Both the position numbers and the translations under genes were made by a program. This document shows, one piece after another, positions 24,560 through 37,228 of a DNA stretch of 64,000 bases (positions within the stretch are counted from its first letter, which is position 1; the number at the start of each line of letters is the position of its first letter). Where the stretch lies: the NCBI RefSeq assembly GCF_001194135.2, contig NC_068986.1, positions 52,108,176 to 52,172,175 on the forward strand, written 5' to 3'. The notes beneath the pieces are model-generated. The model made no database searches, was not told the origin of the DNA, and saw only the letters and a program-made list of their open reading frames with translations. Source of the stretch: Octopus bimaculoides (Eukaryota).

Positions 24560-26286
24560 AGTACTAGTAGATGTCTTGTAGTGTCTCCATGTTGGCTGAG
24601 ATTCGTTGGGGATCCAGCCTATTTGTTTCTCAAGGTTAGCTCCGTTGGGTTGTTTATTTCTAAGTTCCCACGACGCTTCAGTTTTACGAACTGATTTAAA
24701 AAGCTGAGCGATTCACAGCAGAAAGTTGCGCTGAAAATTAAGATGAGCCTAAACTAATTTCATTAAGTTCAGGACATTTTCTGAACTACTTTACAGAAGT
24801 AAATTGTAGTTTGTGTAAGTAATTCATTTTTTAAAATTCAGGTACTCGTGTAATTCCATTAATTTCATTTCCACTTTAGATGGATATTGAAGTAGATGAT
24901 CGAGAAATGGACATCAACCATAAATGACTTAAGATAACCGAAAGAAGCTTTCAGCTTCTGCAAATCATCAATCTTGACTAAGAAATTTTAGAGAAACCCC
25001 TTTCAATTTATTTGTTAAAATCCCCCCTGTTAGTAGTCTTTTATTTCATATACCTGGGAATGTAATTATTCTGAATGAGAAAGTTATTAATAGAGGTTAC
25101 TTGAAAAACGCCTATTTTGAAAGCTGAATTTGATTTTTAGAAAGCTGTTGTATTTTCGCTTGGAAGGCACAGTTGGAACTTTGTAATTGGTTCATTATTT
25201 CTATAAGGCACATCAGATCTTCCATTTATTTGACATTTTCATGTTGGGGACTAATTATTGAAAACTTATAATTGGTTCCAAACGATATACAAGGCTATCC
25301 AAAAGTTTACTGATTAGCAGCTACCTCAATATGCAGTAGAGGCATATTAAAGGTCTTGTTGTTCAATAAAATTCCCGAAATTTCTCATTTAAAACTGCAT
25401 AAAATTGGCAAGTTTAAAGCAAGAATTCATACGCTTCATACGTGAAGTATCTGGCTGCCAGGTGTTCATGACGAACAATGCAAGGAATAAGAAGACGTGC
25501 ACATAATCCTATATTTTCGCTGCCATTACAGATGCTTAATCTATTGCAGCACTGACGAGTTTATTCAGTAGAACAACAACATTTGTTAAGCTTATGTCAA
25601 GAAGTTTTAAATGAAATTACCACGTGTTGTTTCTTTTAATGTCACTAAGCCTAATGTCTCTTCTTTCACAGTAGGGGAAACGTAACGAATAAATACTGTC
25701 AGTTGTGGGTCGACTGGCATACCTGTAGATTTGTCAACAGGTAAGTTACAGGCAAGAGAGTTGCTTCAAACCATCTGGCATTTTGCCTAAAATTTCAGCA
25801 CTGATCTGGAATATACACCTCTCTGTAGTATAGCGTAATAACTGGTGTTTGTGCTACTAGCCGCTGCAGTTTCTTGTTTTGTTTTAACAAATCCTGCATC
25901 TTCTTTAGTAATACTTTACTCAGCAAATTCGCTGTTAATATAGACGTTTAGCACTAATAATACATATGACCTAATAAAACAAACTCCAGCTATACTCTGT
26001 CGGATTTTTAACTGAACGTTGTTATTATTGTCTTACTGATTACTTTAACACCGTTAATATATTTACCTTCAAAATTTTCACGAATAATCATTCGAAATAG
26101 TTTTGTGATTTGATTCATTGTAGGAATCATATTGCTAACTTTAAAGCGACTGAATGGCACGTGGCAAGTAAGAATCGAAGATTCATCTCTTGTAACAATG
26201 AATGCAAAAGTCTTTCTCCATTGATGGCTTAAAAATTCTAATTTTTCATCTTCATATTTTCATTCCTTACGACTTGATGTCGCCAT
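24560..26286 (-). pseudogene. Decayed hAT transposase (Buster/Charlie group, GTF2IRD2/EPM2AIP1-like)
   Basis: Colinear motifs: MATSSRKE*KYEDEK..., LPVDKSTGMPVDPQLTVFIRYVSPTVKEETLGLVTLKETTRG (DEST D1 region), PCIVRHEHLAARYF (CxxH), CIVR*L (RW) and FSATFCCES (catalytic E). Many stops and frameshifts. Confidence 0.88.
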
Positions 26287-27620
26287 CTTCCCCCAAAATA
26301 TATTCGCAGACTCAAAACACGTAATTGAAGAGTACCAACTTGGTCTGCCACAATCAGACTGTTATGTCTAATTGGCAGCAAATCAAAATACGCCTACATT
26401 TCCTTACTTTAGAATTTTTGCTATCTTTTAAATAAGTTAAAATTATCTTACCTTTTATTTATTTCCATCGTTCTTATAAACATTTAAGAAAACAGAGACA
26501 GTTGACAGGCTAAGTGGCTTAATAGAAGTTTTTCCCTAACTCGATGTTTTTTATGAACGTTTTAAAGTCAATAATGCTTCCATTTCCTTCTTTCTTGGAA
26601 ACTTTTAACAAAAACAGCGGGGTAGGTAATTATATATATACCATTTTGGTGGCCCCTTGGTAGTTATGTCCAACTACTACTTACAAACTTTGTTGTTGTT
26701 ATAATCGATGTTATTTTGTCTGAAATAAACTTTTAACGAGCAGGCATTCTAACCGTAACCATCCCAACTTCTTCGCATGTAAGGATTCTTCGGATGACAT
26801 TATCCGACGAGTACCTTTCCAAAATAGAAGTGTGATTTGAGGGAAATTTGATTGATATATCTATTGGGTCGAACGACCACGTAGTAGTAGCTCTCTCGTT
26901 GGCTCCAATACAGATTGTATGCCTTCGACAAGTTAAAGCATGAGACTAAAACGCAGATCTTTTTGTGAAAAGTGAAATATTCCGNNNNNNNNNNNNNNNN
27001 NNNNNNNNNNNNNNNNNNNNNNNNNNNNNNNNNNNNNNNNNNNNNNNNNNNNNNNNNNNNNNNNNNNNNNNNNNNNNNNNNNNNNNNNNNNNNNNNNNNN
27101 NNNNNNNNNNNNNNNNNNNNNNNNNNNNNNNNNNNNNNNNNNNNNNNNNNNNNNNNNNNNNNNNNNNNNNNNNNNNNNNNNNNNNNNNNNNNNNNNNNNN
27201 NNNNNNNNNNNNNNNNNNNNNNNNNNNNNNNNNNNNNNNNNNNNNNNNNNNNNNNNNNNNNNNNNNNNNNNNNNNNNNNNNNNNNNNNNNNNNNNNNNNN
27301 NNNNNNNNNNNNNNNNNNNNNNNNNNNNNNNNNNNNNNNNNNNNNNNNNNNNNNNNNNNNNNNNNNNNNNNNNNNNNNNNNNNNNNNNNNNNNNNNNNNN
27401 NNNNNNNNNNNNNNNNNNNNNNNNNNNNNNNNNNNNNNNNNNNNNNNNNNNNNNNNNNNNNNNNNNNNNNNNNNNNNNNNNNNNNNNNNNNNNNNNNNNN
27501 NNNNNNNNNNNNNNNNNNNNNNNNNNNNNNNNNNNNNNNNNNNNNNNNNNNNNNNNGAAGAAGAAGAAGAAGAAGAAGAAGAAGAAGAAGAAGAAGAAGA
27601 AGAAGAAGAAGAAGAAGAAG

Positions 27621-27658
<38 letters not shown>

Positions 27659-29987
27659 GCTTCAGTACTGTCACAACACTATAGCAACCAAGACGAGATA
27701 GGTTCCAGTGTTATTTGAACACTGCTAATTCGCAGCCTAATAATGACGCGTAATTTCGTGGCGCAAAGTTAGATATTTGTAAAACGGAAGATTGTGCAGA
27801 AGACTAAATCAACTCATGAACATTAATGGCGTTATTTTTTTTTAATGAATATTTAACAAATGTAAATATTGGGAGTGAGATGTATGATTTGTATGGATGA
27901 ATAGGGTAACAAAACACTACAAGTCAGTCTGCTAATTCACTGACTATATACAAGAAATAATAAATATCTAAAACAAGGTCACGTTCTAGTGAAAATAATA
28001 GACTATCGAGCAGAGTTTGAATTTCGTTGAGGTTACTTAGTCTTTCATACATCACAGAGTGACAAAATAAAGTATCTGCCAAGTAGTGAGGCCACCATTT
28101 ATAATTCAAATGGAAATCAGAAAAGAAGCTATTGGAATAGTAATAAGATTACATATTTTGTATGATAGCAATATGAATATACGCTTCCTGTACAAACAAA
28201 TATGCATACACACACAAACATACGAATGTGCGCACACACACGCACACACACGCAAGAACACACATGGATATTTGAGTGTGTGTATTCTATATATACTCTT
28301 TTTATCACTGGATATACATCCATGATTATGTGAAAACAAATTCTAACAGAAATCTGCATCATATATTTTTTTCACGTATATGTTTCTTTTTTATGTTTCA
28401 TTTAGATTTAAGTCAATTTACATATTATTCTATATCAGTCGCTACTTCAATTCTTCCGTTTACTTCGGTCCCTTGCTAAGCATTGCACATTGAACTTATT
28501 CTTTTAATATCGTAGAAAAAATTATTCCTGTTCCTATTATGCGCGTGTGTGCGTGTTTGTGAGCGTGTCTGTCTGTCCCTCTGTCTGTCTATAAATTTAT
28601 AATTTGTGTGTGTGTGTGTGATTTCACAAATCTGCACTTTGCAAATAAAAGGTTGGTGCAGCTAAAGAATGCCGTATTTGATAATAAAGCAATCGTTTGA
28701 AAAGAAAACTTTTGCCACCTGATATGCCGATGTGGTCAATTAATTGTGCCTGTTTACTGGGAAAGCGATAAATGTTACGTAACCGATATCAAACGATTCT
28801 TCCATTTTCTTGGTCCTGGTGAAATTATCCCTTGTTTGATCTGCATTAATAGAGATGAAAGCTGTCTCCTGTGTTTTGTATATAAGTCCATTATTAACAT
28901 CCTTCTTCGATCTGAGCATTATCGATTCATGAATTTTACGGATGGCTGTGTATCATGCAAAATATTTTATATAACGTAACTTCTTTTCTAATATATTCTG
29001 GTATTCTTTGAAAAAGAAAAGGCAGGTGTTAGAAATAGATCTTGATAAAACGATATCTATATCAGATAGTCAACGTCCGACGTTTGATCTCTTATTGATT
29101 CGAGAAAAACAATTGTAAAACCTATGTAAATATGATCTGTCTTACTACAAACATTTTTAAGAGTAGAGATGTGTTCTACTAGGTTGGTGAATTTTCTTGA
29201 AACTCTATCGTGACTTGTTCGTAAAATTTTTTCATGCATATCAAAGTAGATTTCTTTCACACACATAATTGTTCTCAGCTAACAGTTAACTTGCTTAAGA
29301 CTTTTGGTTATAAATACTGCAATCAAAAAATATATGACATTCTTTCATAATAACTATTACGGAGTTAAAGCTTTCTATAAAGTGGTCTCATTTAGCAATT
29401 CCAAAGGCTCAATAGTGGTAAATATAGACTTTCAAATATTTCTTACTTGACAATTTTCTATGAGTTATACAGCATTGATGCTGACATAAAGAAGTGGAAC
29501 TATTCTTCAATCGCAATGATTCTAGTAATTTCAGAAAAATTCCATTTGGGAGTTCTATTATCAATTTAATCTTCCATACGGTCTTCAAATCAATAGTTTG
29601 CTAATTAAATTAAGTTACGCTTCTTTAGATCAGTAAGATCTAGCTCTTCATGGAATTTATCTACAGAAAGATGGAGTAAGCAAACGTGTTTTTTTTTTTT
29701 GCCTGAATATAATAAAGCATTGGGGATTTGATTTGACCATCATTTTAGTGGATCGGTTAGTTAGATTTCTGACCGATATTAAGGTCAGTTTAACGTTCAA
29801 AGATTCATAAAAGAGTCATAAAATCTTCGCTTAGAAGACAGGTATCTTAAAATGTGCAACGATGTGTTCAATTACGGAGCACAGAACCCACCATGGCTTG
29901 TTTGTTTCCATCTCACTGTGTAGTGAAATGAGAGCTAAAATTTAGTAGATATATGTTCTGCTAAAAGTTATTCGGTTTAAAGCTGAT

Positions 29988-30019
<32 letters not shown>

Positions 30020-30116
30020 AATTGACTTAAAATCAAACATTAATATGTATGTGTGTGTGTGCGCGTGTGTATATGCGTACTTACATATATATGTGTATGT
30101 GTGTTTATTCGCCTAC

Positions 30117-30712
30117 AAGGGTCTGTCACAACGCTGAAATCTACAAGCAGTTTCTTAGACAGCATGCTCTTCCACATCTCCGATCCTCATCAGTTCACGC
30201 TGCGAAGAGTGTCAAAGATTTTTTGAGTGATGAAGGGGTTGATCTCATGGACAGGCCACCTCGAAATCACGTTCTCAACCCTATAGAAAACGTTTGGAAG
30301 ATTATTGCAGATGGGGCAGAAAGGAGAAATCCAAAGAACCAATATGAACTCTGGGAAGTATTGAAAAACGAACGGAACAATGTTGCTCCATCATTTTGCA
30401 AAGAAATTAATTCAGTTCTGTGCTAACAGATGTCTGGAAGTCATTGATAGTAAAGGGATGTTCACGAAATATTAATAGTAAGGGTTTCGATTTTGGTTTT
30501 GTTTCATTTTTCATTGTTTTCTAAGTGACACTCAACTTTTGGCTGTTGCAGTTTGGAAGATTATTTATTTATTACCTCATAACTTAGGAAAAATTTATTC
30601 CATTCACTTGAAATTTTCAAGAAGGACAGATATTAGTTATATATAAATATGTGTAGAATATATAATTTCAATACATTTGTTCTTACTGACACCTATATGA
30701 TGGCCGCTACTG
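30117..30712 (+). mobile_element. Tc1-like (DD34E) transposon, 3' fragment with right TIR
   Basis: NAEIYKQFLRQHALP...VLNPIENVWKII, then CLEVIDSKGMFTKY after a frameshift; the QDNAP motif is deleted. It ends GATGGCCGCTACTG followed by TA. Confidence 0.88.
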
Positions 30713-30817
30713 TATATATACATATATAATTAATTCAATAATAGGATGAAATCTTTTACAAGAATTTTATCAAGTAGCTAGCGTGAAAAAAACTCATAAG
30801 GGAAAAATCTATCATTA

Positions 30818-30859
<42 letters not shown>

Positions 30860-31308
30860 NNNNNNNNNNNNNNNNNNNNNNNNNNNNNNNNNNNNNNNNN
30901 NNNNNNNNNNNNNNNNNNNNNNNNNNNNNNNNNNNNNNNNNNNNNNNNNNNNNNNNNNNNNNNNNNNNNNNNNNNNNNNNNNNNNNNNNNNNNNNNNNNN
31001 NNNNNNNNNNNNNNNNNNNNNNNNNNNNNNNNNNNNNNNNNNNNNNNNNNNNNNNNNNNNNNNNNNNNNNNNNNNNNNNNNNNNNNNNNNNNNNNNNNNN
31101 NNNNNNNNNNNNNNNNNNNNNNNNNNNNNNNNNNNNNNNNNNNNNNNNNNNNNNNNNNNNNNNNNNNNNNNNNNNNNNNNNNNNNNNNNNNNNNNNNNNN
31201 NNNNNNNNNNNNNNNNNNNNNNNNNNNNNNNNNNNNNNNNNNNNNTATATATATATATATATGTATATATGAACAGTTTCAAACTTTTTACCAAAACGGA
31301 GTTTCAAA

Positions 31309-31801
31309 TGTCACTAAATGTGACTAGAGTGTTATGGGACACCTGTATTGCAAGAAATAAGAACTAAACCGATCTAATGCTATAGTTAACTCACATGATG
31401 AATGAAAACTACAACATTACAACGGTTTAGCTCTTATTTCTATCAACGTAGGTGTTTCTTAACACCCTAGTCACATTTAGTGATATTTGTAATTCTTTTC
31501 AGTGAAACGTTGCAAACTGCTGTTTATGTTAATTTTACATATACACATTAGTGAATGGCTCAATCATCCATTTATTTGAATGACGAAAACAAATAGTAAT
31601 GGTGATGCAAGTCCGAAAAGATCCGAACAGTCGAAACTGATGCCTCAGTATTAAGAATTCTCGATCGGCTCTTTTCGAGCGATTAAGGTCCCTGTTAGTA
31701 TGTGTTTTCATTCATGTGCGTTAACTACCGTCTTAGAGCGGTTTAGCTCTAATTACTAGCAATGTATGCGTATCCTAACACTCTAGTCACATTTAGTGAC
31801 A
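31309..31801. mobile_element. Unclassified element with ~100-bp inverted arms plus an internal third arm copy
   Basis: The outer 26 bp are perfectly inverted (TGTCACTAAATGTGACTAGAGTGTTA, 31309-31334 / 31776-31801). Arms are 31309-31411 / 31704-31801, with an extra right-oriented copy at 31423-31485. Confidence 0.82.
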
Positions 31802-32621
31802 CACATACGCACACACATATGTATATAATTGAAAAAAGATTAGAGGTCTATACAAATCAAATGTTATATATANNNNNNNNNNNNNNNNNNNNNNNNNNNN
31901 NNNNNNNNNNNNNNNNNNNNNNNNNNNNNNNNNNNNNNNNNNNNNNNNNNNNNNNNNNNNNNNNNNNNNNNNNNNNNNNNATATATATATATATATACAT
32001 ACATATATATATGTATTATTGCTTAACTTTACATCGAGTCATATATATACAGATAGATAGATATATCCATATATATATATATATATGGCTATATCTATCT
32101 ATCTATCTGTTCATATACATAATATATATATATAGATATAAGGCATATGATCAACAAAGCATTAAAGATCTAAAGAAGCCAGTAAAAGATAAGTGGAAAT
32201 AACGAAGCCGGAATGCACAAAATTTGAAAGAAAGATATAAATAAAAATCTAAATGAGGGGGAAAAGATGCGTTTCGCATCAACATTTATGTGGTTTGCAA
32301 TAAGTAACACATCAAAGTCAAAACCATATGATGACTTATATTAGTTTTAGCAAAAAAAAAACAAAAAACAAAAGCAATAATTCAAACAAATATAGGAATT
32401 TAAAGGGTAAACTGATGAATCGAAGTGCTTATTGTTTTGGTTAATAAATGTTATGTTAGAAACGTATTTGTTTTTTTCTTTTAATCTTCAATCTTTTGGC
32501 CGCTTTGCAGAAAGATCTTGATTGAAACAAGTAGTACTTACCATGCAACTACCGAAAGACTGCTACTGCTGTTATTGCTGCCACCACCACCACCAACACT
32601 ACTACTACTACTACTACTACT

Positions 32622-33827
32622 AGTAGTTTTATTTTTATAACGTGCTTTCACTTCACTACCGAGCGCAGCTCTGTGCGCCTTGGGTATGTGCTGTGGATTG
32701 CTGTGGTGCTCTTATGTGTACTGTATTGAAAGTGTTTTGCGTAGAATGTGTGCAGTACCCAGTAGTGCAATTTTCTGTATGTTATATATATTTGTAAGTC
32801 CTGGTGTTTTTGTTATGTATTTGTCTGAATATTTTTTTATTATACCTAAGGCACCTACTATGATAGGAATTGTTTCTGTTTTTAGATTCCACATTCGAGT
32901 TATCTCTATTTCCAGGTCTTTGTATTTTGAAAGTTTTTCCATTTCTTTTANNNNNNNNNNNNNNNNNNNNNNNNNNNNNNNNNNNNNNNNNNNNNNNNNN
33001 NNNNNNNNNNNNNNNNNNNNNNNNNNNNNNNNNNNNNNNNNNNNNNNNNNNNNNNNNNNNNNNNNNNNNNNNNNNNNNNNNNNNNNNNNNNNNNNNNNNN
33101 NNNNNNNNNNNNNNNNNNNNNNNNNNNNNNNNNNNNNNNNNNNNNNNNNNNNNNNNNNNNNNNNNNNNNNNNNNNNNNNNNNNNNNNNNNNNNNNNNNNN
33201 NNNNNNNNNNNNNNNNNNNNNNNNNNNNNNNNNNNNNNNNNNNNNNNNNNNNNNNNNNNNNNNNNNNNNNNNNNNNNNNNNNNNNNNNNNNNNNNNNNNN
33301 NNNNNNNNNNNNNNNNNNNNNNNNNNNNNNNNNNNNNNNNNNNNNNNNNNNNNNNNNNNNNNNNNNNNNNNNNNNNNNNNNNNNNNNNNNNNNNNNNNNN
33401 NNNNNNNNNNNNNNNNNNNNNNNNNNNNNNNNNNNNNNNNNNNNNNNNNNNNNNNNNNNNNNNNNNNNNNNNNNNNNNNNNNNNNNNNNNNNNNNNNNNN
33501 NNNNNNNNNNNNNNNNNNNNNNNNNNNNNNNNNNNNNNNNNNNNNNNNNNNNNNNNNNNNNNNNNNNNNNNNNNNNNNNNNNNNNNNNNNNNNNNNNNNN
33601 NNNNNNNNNNNNNNNNNNNNNNNNNNNNNNNNNNNNNNNNNNNNNNNNNNNNNNNNNNNNNNNNNNTCTTCTTCTTCTTCTTCTTCTTCTTCTTCTTCTT
33701 CTTCTTCTTCTTCTTCTTCTTCTTCGTATTTGTTAGGTAGATTGATTTCTTGTTTGTATTTGTCAGCTTCCTTAAATACTGAAAACAGTTTTTTGTTTTG
33801 CTCGTGTTTTGTGGCTATTTGTATTAG

Positions 33828-33830
<3 letters not shown>
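32622..33830 (-). mobile_element. R4/Dong-type RLE LINE, young family A, 5'-truncated (copy A1; interior in N gap)
   Basis: 5' part reads KLIQIATKHEQNKKLFSVFKEADKYKQEINLPNKYEEEE; 3' part reads EMEKLSKYKDLEIEITRMWNLKTETIPIIVGALG...LGTAHILRKTLS. The 3'UTR is nearly identical to copies A2 and A3. Confidence 0.9.
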
Positions 33831-33893
<63 letters not shown>

Positions 33894-33908
33894 ATTATTA
33901 TTATTATT

Positions 33909-34560
33909 AGTTTTCCATTCAGTTTTGTTTCTATTTCTTGCTGAGTGTCTTCCCGACTCCTAGTGCAAAGAAACTCACTGAATGCATTGACAGACCAAAC
34001 TCACAAGATTGTTCATTTACAAAATCATGTCATGTGGAAAAACCAAAAGAAAGTAATAAGTGGGAACAGAAGGAAGAAACAAACAAAGGAAAAAATTTAC
34101 ATTGACTTTTAATCGTTCTCACACCGACAATATTCTTCTTAATACTTGTGCCGTACTAATTAATACAATCTTCTGCACTTTCCGCATGGATCTTTCTCAA
34201 ATAATTTTCAGTTCCCTTTGTGATCACTCCAAGTGCTCTTGTAATCACTTCTAGTAACCGCATTCTGAAGCCACATTCTTTTGATTTCAATGAGCAAACT
34301 TTGTTTTCTGATCTTGTCAAATTCCTTTGTGAAATATTATGATCACAAGGAATGCTAATGTCGATCAATAAAGAGACGTTAATGTTTTGGTCTTTCGCAA
34401 ACATATTCGGTTTATTAGCTTTAAGTTTCTGTCTGTATGTGCTGGAAAGTCCCAAAGAATCGTTACATTTTCTCCCTCAGTTACAGTCTCAGGGTGATGC
34501 TTATACCATTTGCAAACAGTTTTAACATATTAACCAATATATATATTGGAAATATCTGGG
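33909..34560 (-). mobile_element. Older R4/Dong-type LINE 3' fragment (family B) with (AAT)n tail
   Basis: KWYKHHPETVTEGENVTILWDFPAHTDR, ANKP, LLIDISIPCDHN and ISTAQVLRRILSV* (stop 34119-34121); the 3'UTR ends GAAAACTAATAATAAT. Confidence 0.85.
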
Positions 34561-34850
34561 GTTTGAGAATTTTACCTCGGGCAACATGTGTGTTTCGTTC
34601 ATTATCCTTAAACAACCCTTATTCAGGGACCCCTTGAGCGGGATGAACTACTCAGCATGAAAAAAATTGTAACTGGGCCCAACCTGCAAGGTCATGCGCT
34701 ATTTGTCTTGATATAAAGTCACCATGTCGCGCACATAAAGATGTGATGCATGTGGTTGGTGTAACCTTATGAGACGGGAAGTCATGATGCGTATATTTGG
34801 CTTTGTTAATCACTTTGATCACTTTGTCACTTTGATGGCATGCATTGCAT

Positions 34851-35229
34851 ATGCTTTCTAATTGATGTATCAATACCAGCAGATGACAACGTTTCTCTAA
34901 AAGAAATGGAAAAACTTTCAAAATACAAAGACCTGGAAATAGAGATAACTCGAATGTGGAATCTAAAAACAGAAACAATTCTTATCATAGTAGGTGCCTT
35001 AGGTATAATAAAAAATATTCAGACAAATACATAACAAAAACACCAGGACTTACAAATATATATAACATACAGAAAATTGCACTACTGGGTACTGCACACA
35101 TTCTACGCAAAACACTTTCAATACAGTACACATAAGAACACCACAGCAAACCACAGCACATACCCAAGGCGCACAGAGCTGCGCTCGGTAGTGAAGTGAA
35201 AGCACGTTATAAAAATAAAACTACTGAAC
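34851..35229 (+). mobile_element. R4/Dong family A 3' fragment (copy A2), followed by (AAT)n(GAA)n
   Basis: CFLIDVSIPADDNVSLKEMEKLSKYKDLEIEITRMW...; the 3'UTR has a GCGCA-CAGAGC-TGCGC stem-loop and ends CTACTGAAC(AAT)n. Confidence 0.92.
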
Positions 35230-35337
<108 letters not shown>

Positions 35338-35357
35338 AAGAAGAAGAAGAAGAAACA

Positions 35358-37228
35358 CATTAACTGTCAGAATATCCGCTTTCCTTGAACGGAGTTCTAT
35401 CCTTCCACAAACTCAAAAAGGCTGTAAAATGTATTCTTATGCGTGCAAAGATCAATTACTCATAAGTAAAATGATTGTAGAGAAATGCCGGAGCCATATG
35501 AAGAAACTGAGTATAGCATGGATAGACTACTGGAAAGTGTTTGACAGTGTCCTACATAATTTGGCTACTCAAGGCTCTTGAAATATATAAAATCCCTTCT
35601 GTTACCTCCAAATTCTTACAAGGTAGCATGGACAAGTGGAACACGTGTCTACTTCTAAACCATAGCAATAGGATGAGCCAAACTAACAACATCATCATCA
35701 AACGAGGCATCTTTCAAGGTAACTCTCTCTCCCCATTACTTGTTTGGTTTGCGTGACACTGATCCCACTGTCAAACGAACTAAATAACACTTGGTATGGG
35801 ATCAAAGTTTACAATACGACAATAAACCATCTCCTTTATATGGACGATCTGAAGTTGTTTGTTAGAAATGACGAAGAGCTAGCAGGGTTGCTGACAACGG
35901 TTAAAGAGTTCAGTAATGACATCAAGACGAATTTTGGCATTTATAAGTGTGCTAAAGTAACTTTTGAAAGAGGCAAGCTGAGGCAAACAGCTTCCATTAA
36001 ATTAGATACCGACACTACCATCAAGGAGCTTGACCCACGAGAAAATTTCAAATACCTGGGGATAAACGAAGGAGATGGTATACAACATGCTACTATGAAG
36101 GCCCGAAAATTTGGGGGCGGGGGCCAGTCAATTAGATTGAACCCAGTACGCAACTAGTACTTAATTTATCGAGCCCGAAAGGCAAAGTCGACTTCGGCGG
36201 AATTTGAACTCAACGTAAAGACAAGCGAAATACTGCTAAGCATTTCGCCTGGCGTGCTAACGTTTCTGCCAGCTCACTACCTTTAAGAAAGGAATATTAC
36301 AGGAGAATAAGACTCATACTAAAAACTGACCTTAACTCTAAACATTGCGTCGAAGCCATTAACACCCCGGCACTTCCATCATTAACTGGAATCTTACAGA
36401 GCTCCAACGCCTGGACAGGAAGACAAGTAGGCTACTAACTACAAAGAACATGCACCACCCAAAAGCAGACGTTGATCGTCTGTACCTACCTAGAAGTAAT
36501 GGAGGATGATGAATGATGCGAGTAGAACTGTGCTATGAGACCTCCACAATAGCAATGAACAGGTACTTATCTAGTAGAGATGACTGGACGCTGCGATTTG
36601 TGTGCAAACACGAAAGCAACAAAAATTGTACTCGATTGTCAAAGGAACTTGCAAATTTGCAAAGTGGCTGAGAAGTTCAGTATTGAAAGCATAGGCTGAA
36701 GGTTTTATATTGGCGGCACAAAATCAAGGCTTGCTCACAAAAAACTACCAGGCTAACGTTCTTCAAAACGGTTCTGACCCTAAATGTATATTCTGTGACA
36801 TATTTGACGAAACAATAGACCATCTCGTCTCAGGATGTCTTGTGCCGACACCAAACGAAGACAAAAATCGACACGATAGGGTAGGACAGTATCTACATTG
36901 AAAAATATATAAACACTACAAAATTAGCACTCCTGTTTACTGGTATGAACAACAACCCGAGCCAGTCGTTGAAGGCAAAAATGTCACTATCCTCTAGAAT
37001 TTTTCAGCCAACACTGACAGAGCGATCGTGGCTAATCTACCAGAGAGGGAAGAAAATACTTGTAGACTCTTAGATGTAAATGTTCCCACTGATAAAAGTA
37101 TATCTGTAAAGGAATTGACAAGCTAAGTAAATATAAGGACCTGGAAATTGAAATACAAAAAATGTGGCATCTTCAAGCGAGAACTGTTCCTGTTGTTGTA
37201 GGCTCCCTAGGTATGATAAAACAAAACG
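35358..37228 (+). mobile_element. Decayed R4/Dong LINE (family C): RT, CCHC knuckle and RLE
   Basis: QKGC..KDQLLI, AWIDYWKVFDSV, GIFQGNSLSP, HLLYMDDLK, FKYLGI, HHPKADVDRLYLPRSNGG, CIFCDIFDETIDHLVSGC, LLDVNVP..KLSKYKDL. Interrupted by a SINE. Confidence 0.92.
36097..36284 (-). mobile_element. Family A SINE inserted in the family C LINE
   Basis: The SINE splits the LINE reading ...HATMK | RKEYYRRIRLILKT... Confidence 0.88.

Noticed and set aside
25671-25740. Textbook-looking plus-strand exon (CTTTCACAG|...CAG|GTAAGT)
   Set aside because: It lies antisense within the hAT transposase D1 region (VDKSTGMPVDPQLTVFIRYV), so the splice signals are probably coincidental, although exonisation cannot be excluded.
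26200-26260. Helitron-like GLKILI peptide on the plus strand
   Set aside because: No upstream SRV/HGQLYVA motif; the region is the antisense of the hAT N-terminus.
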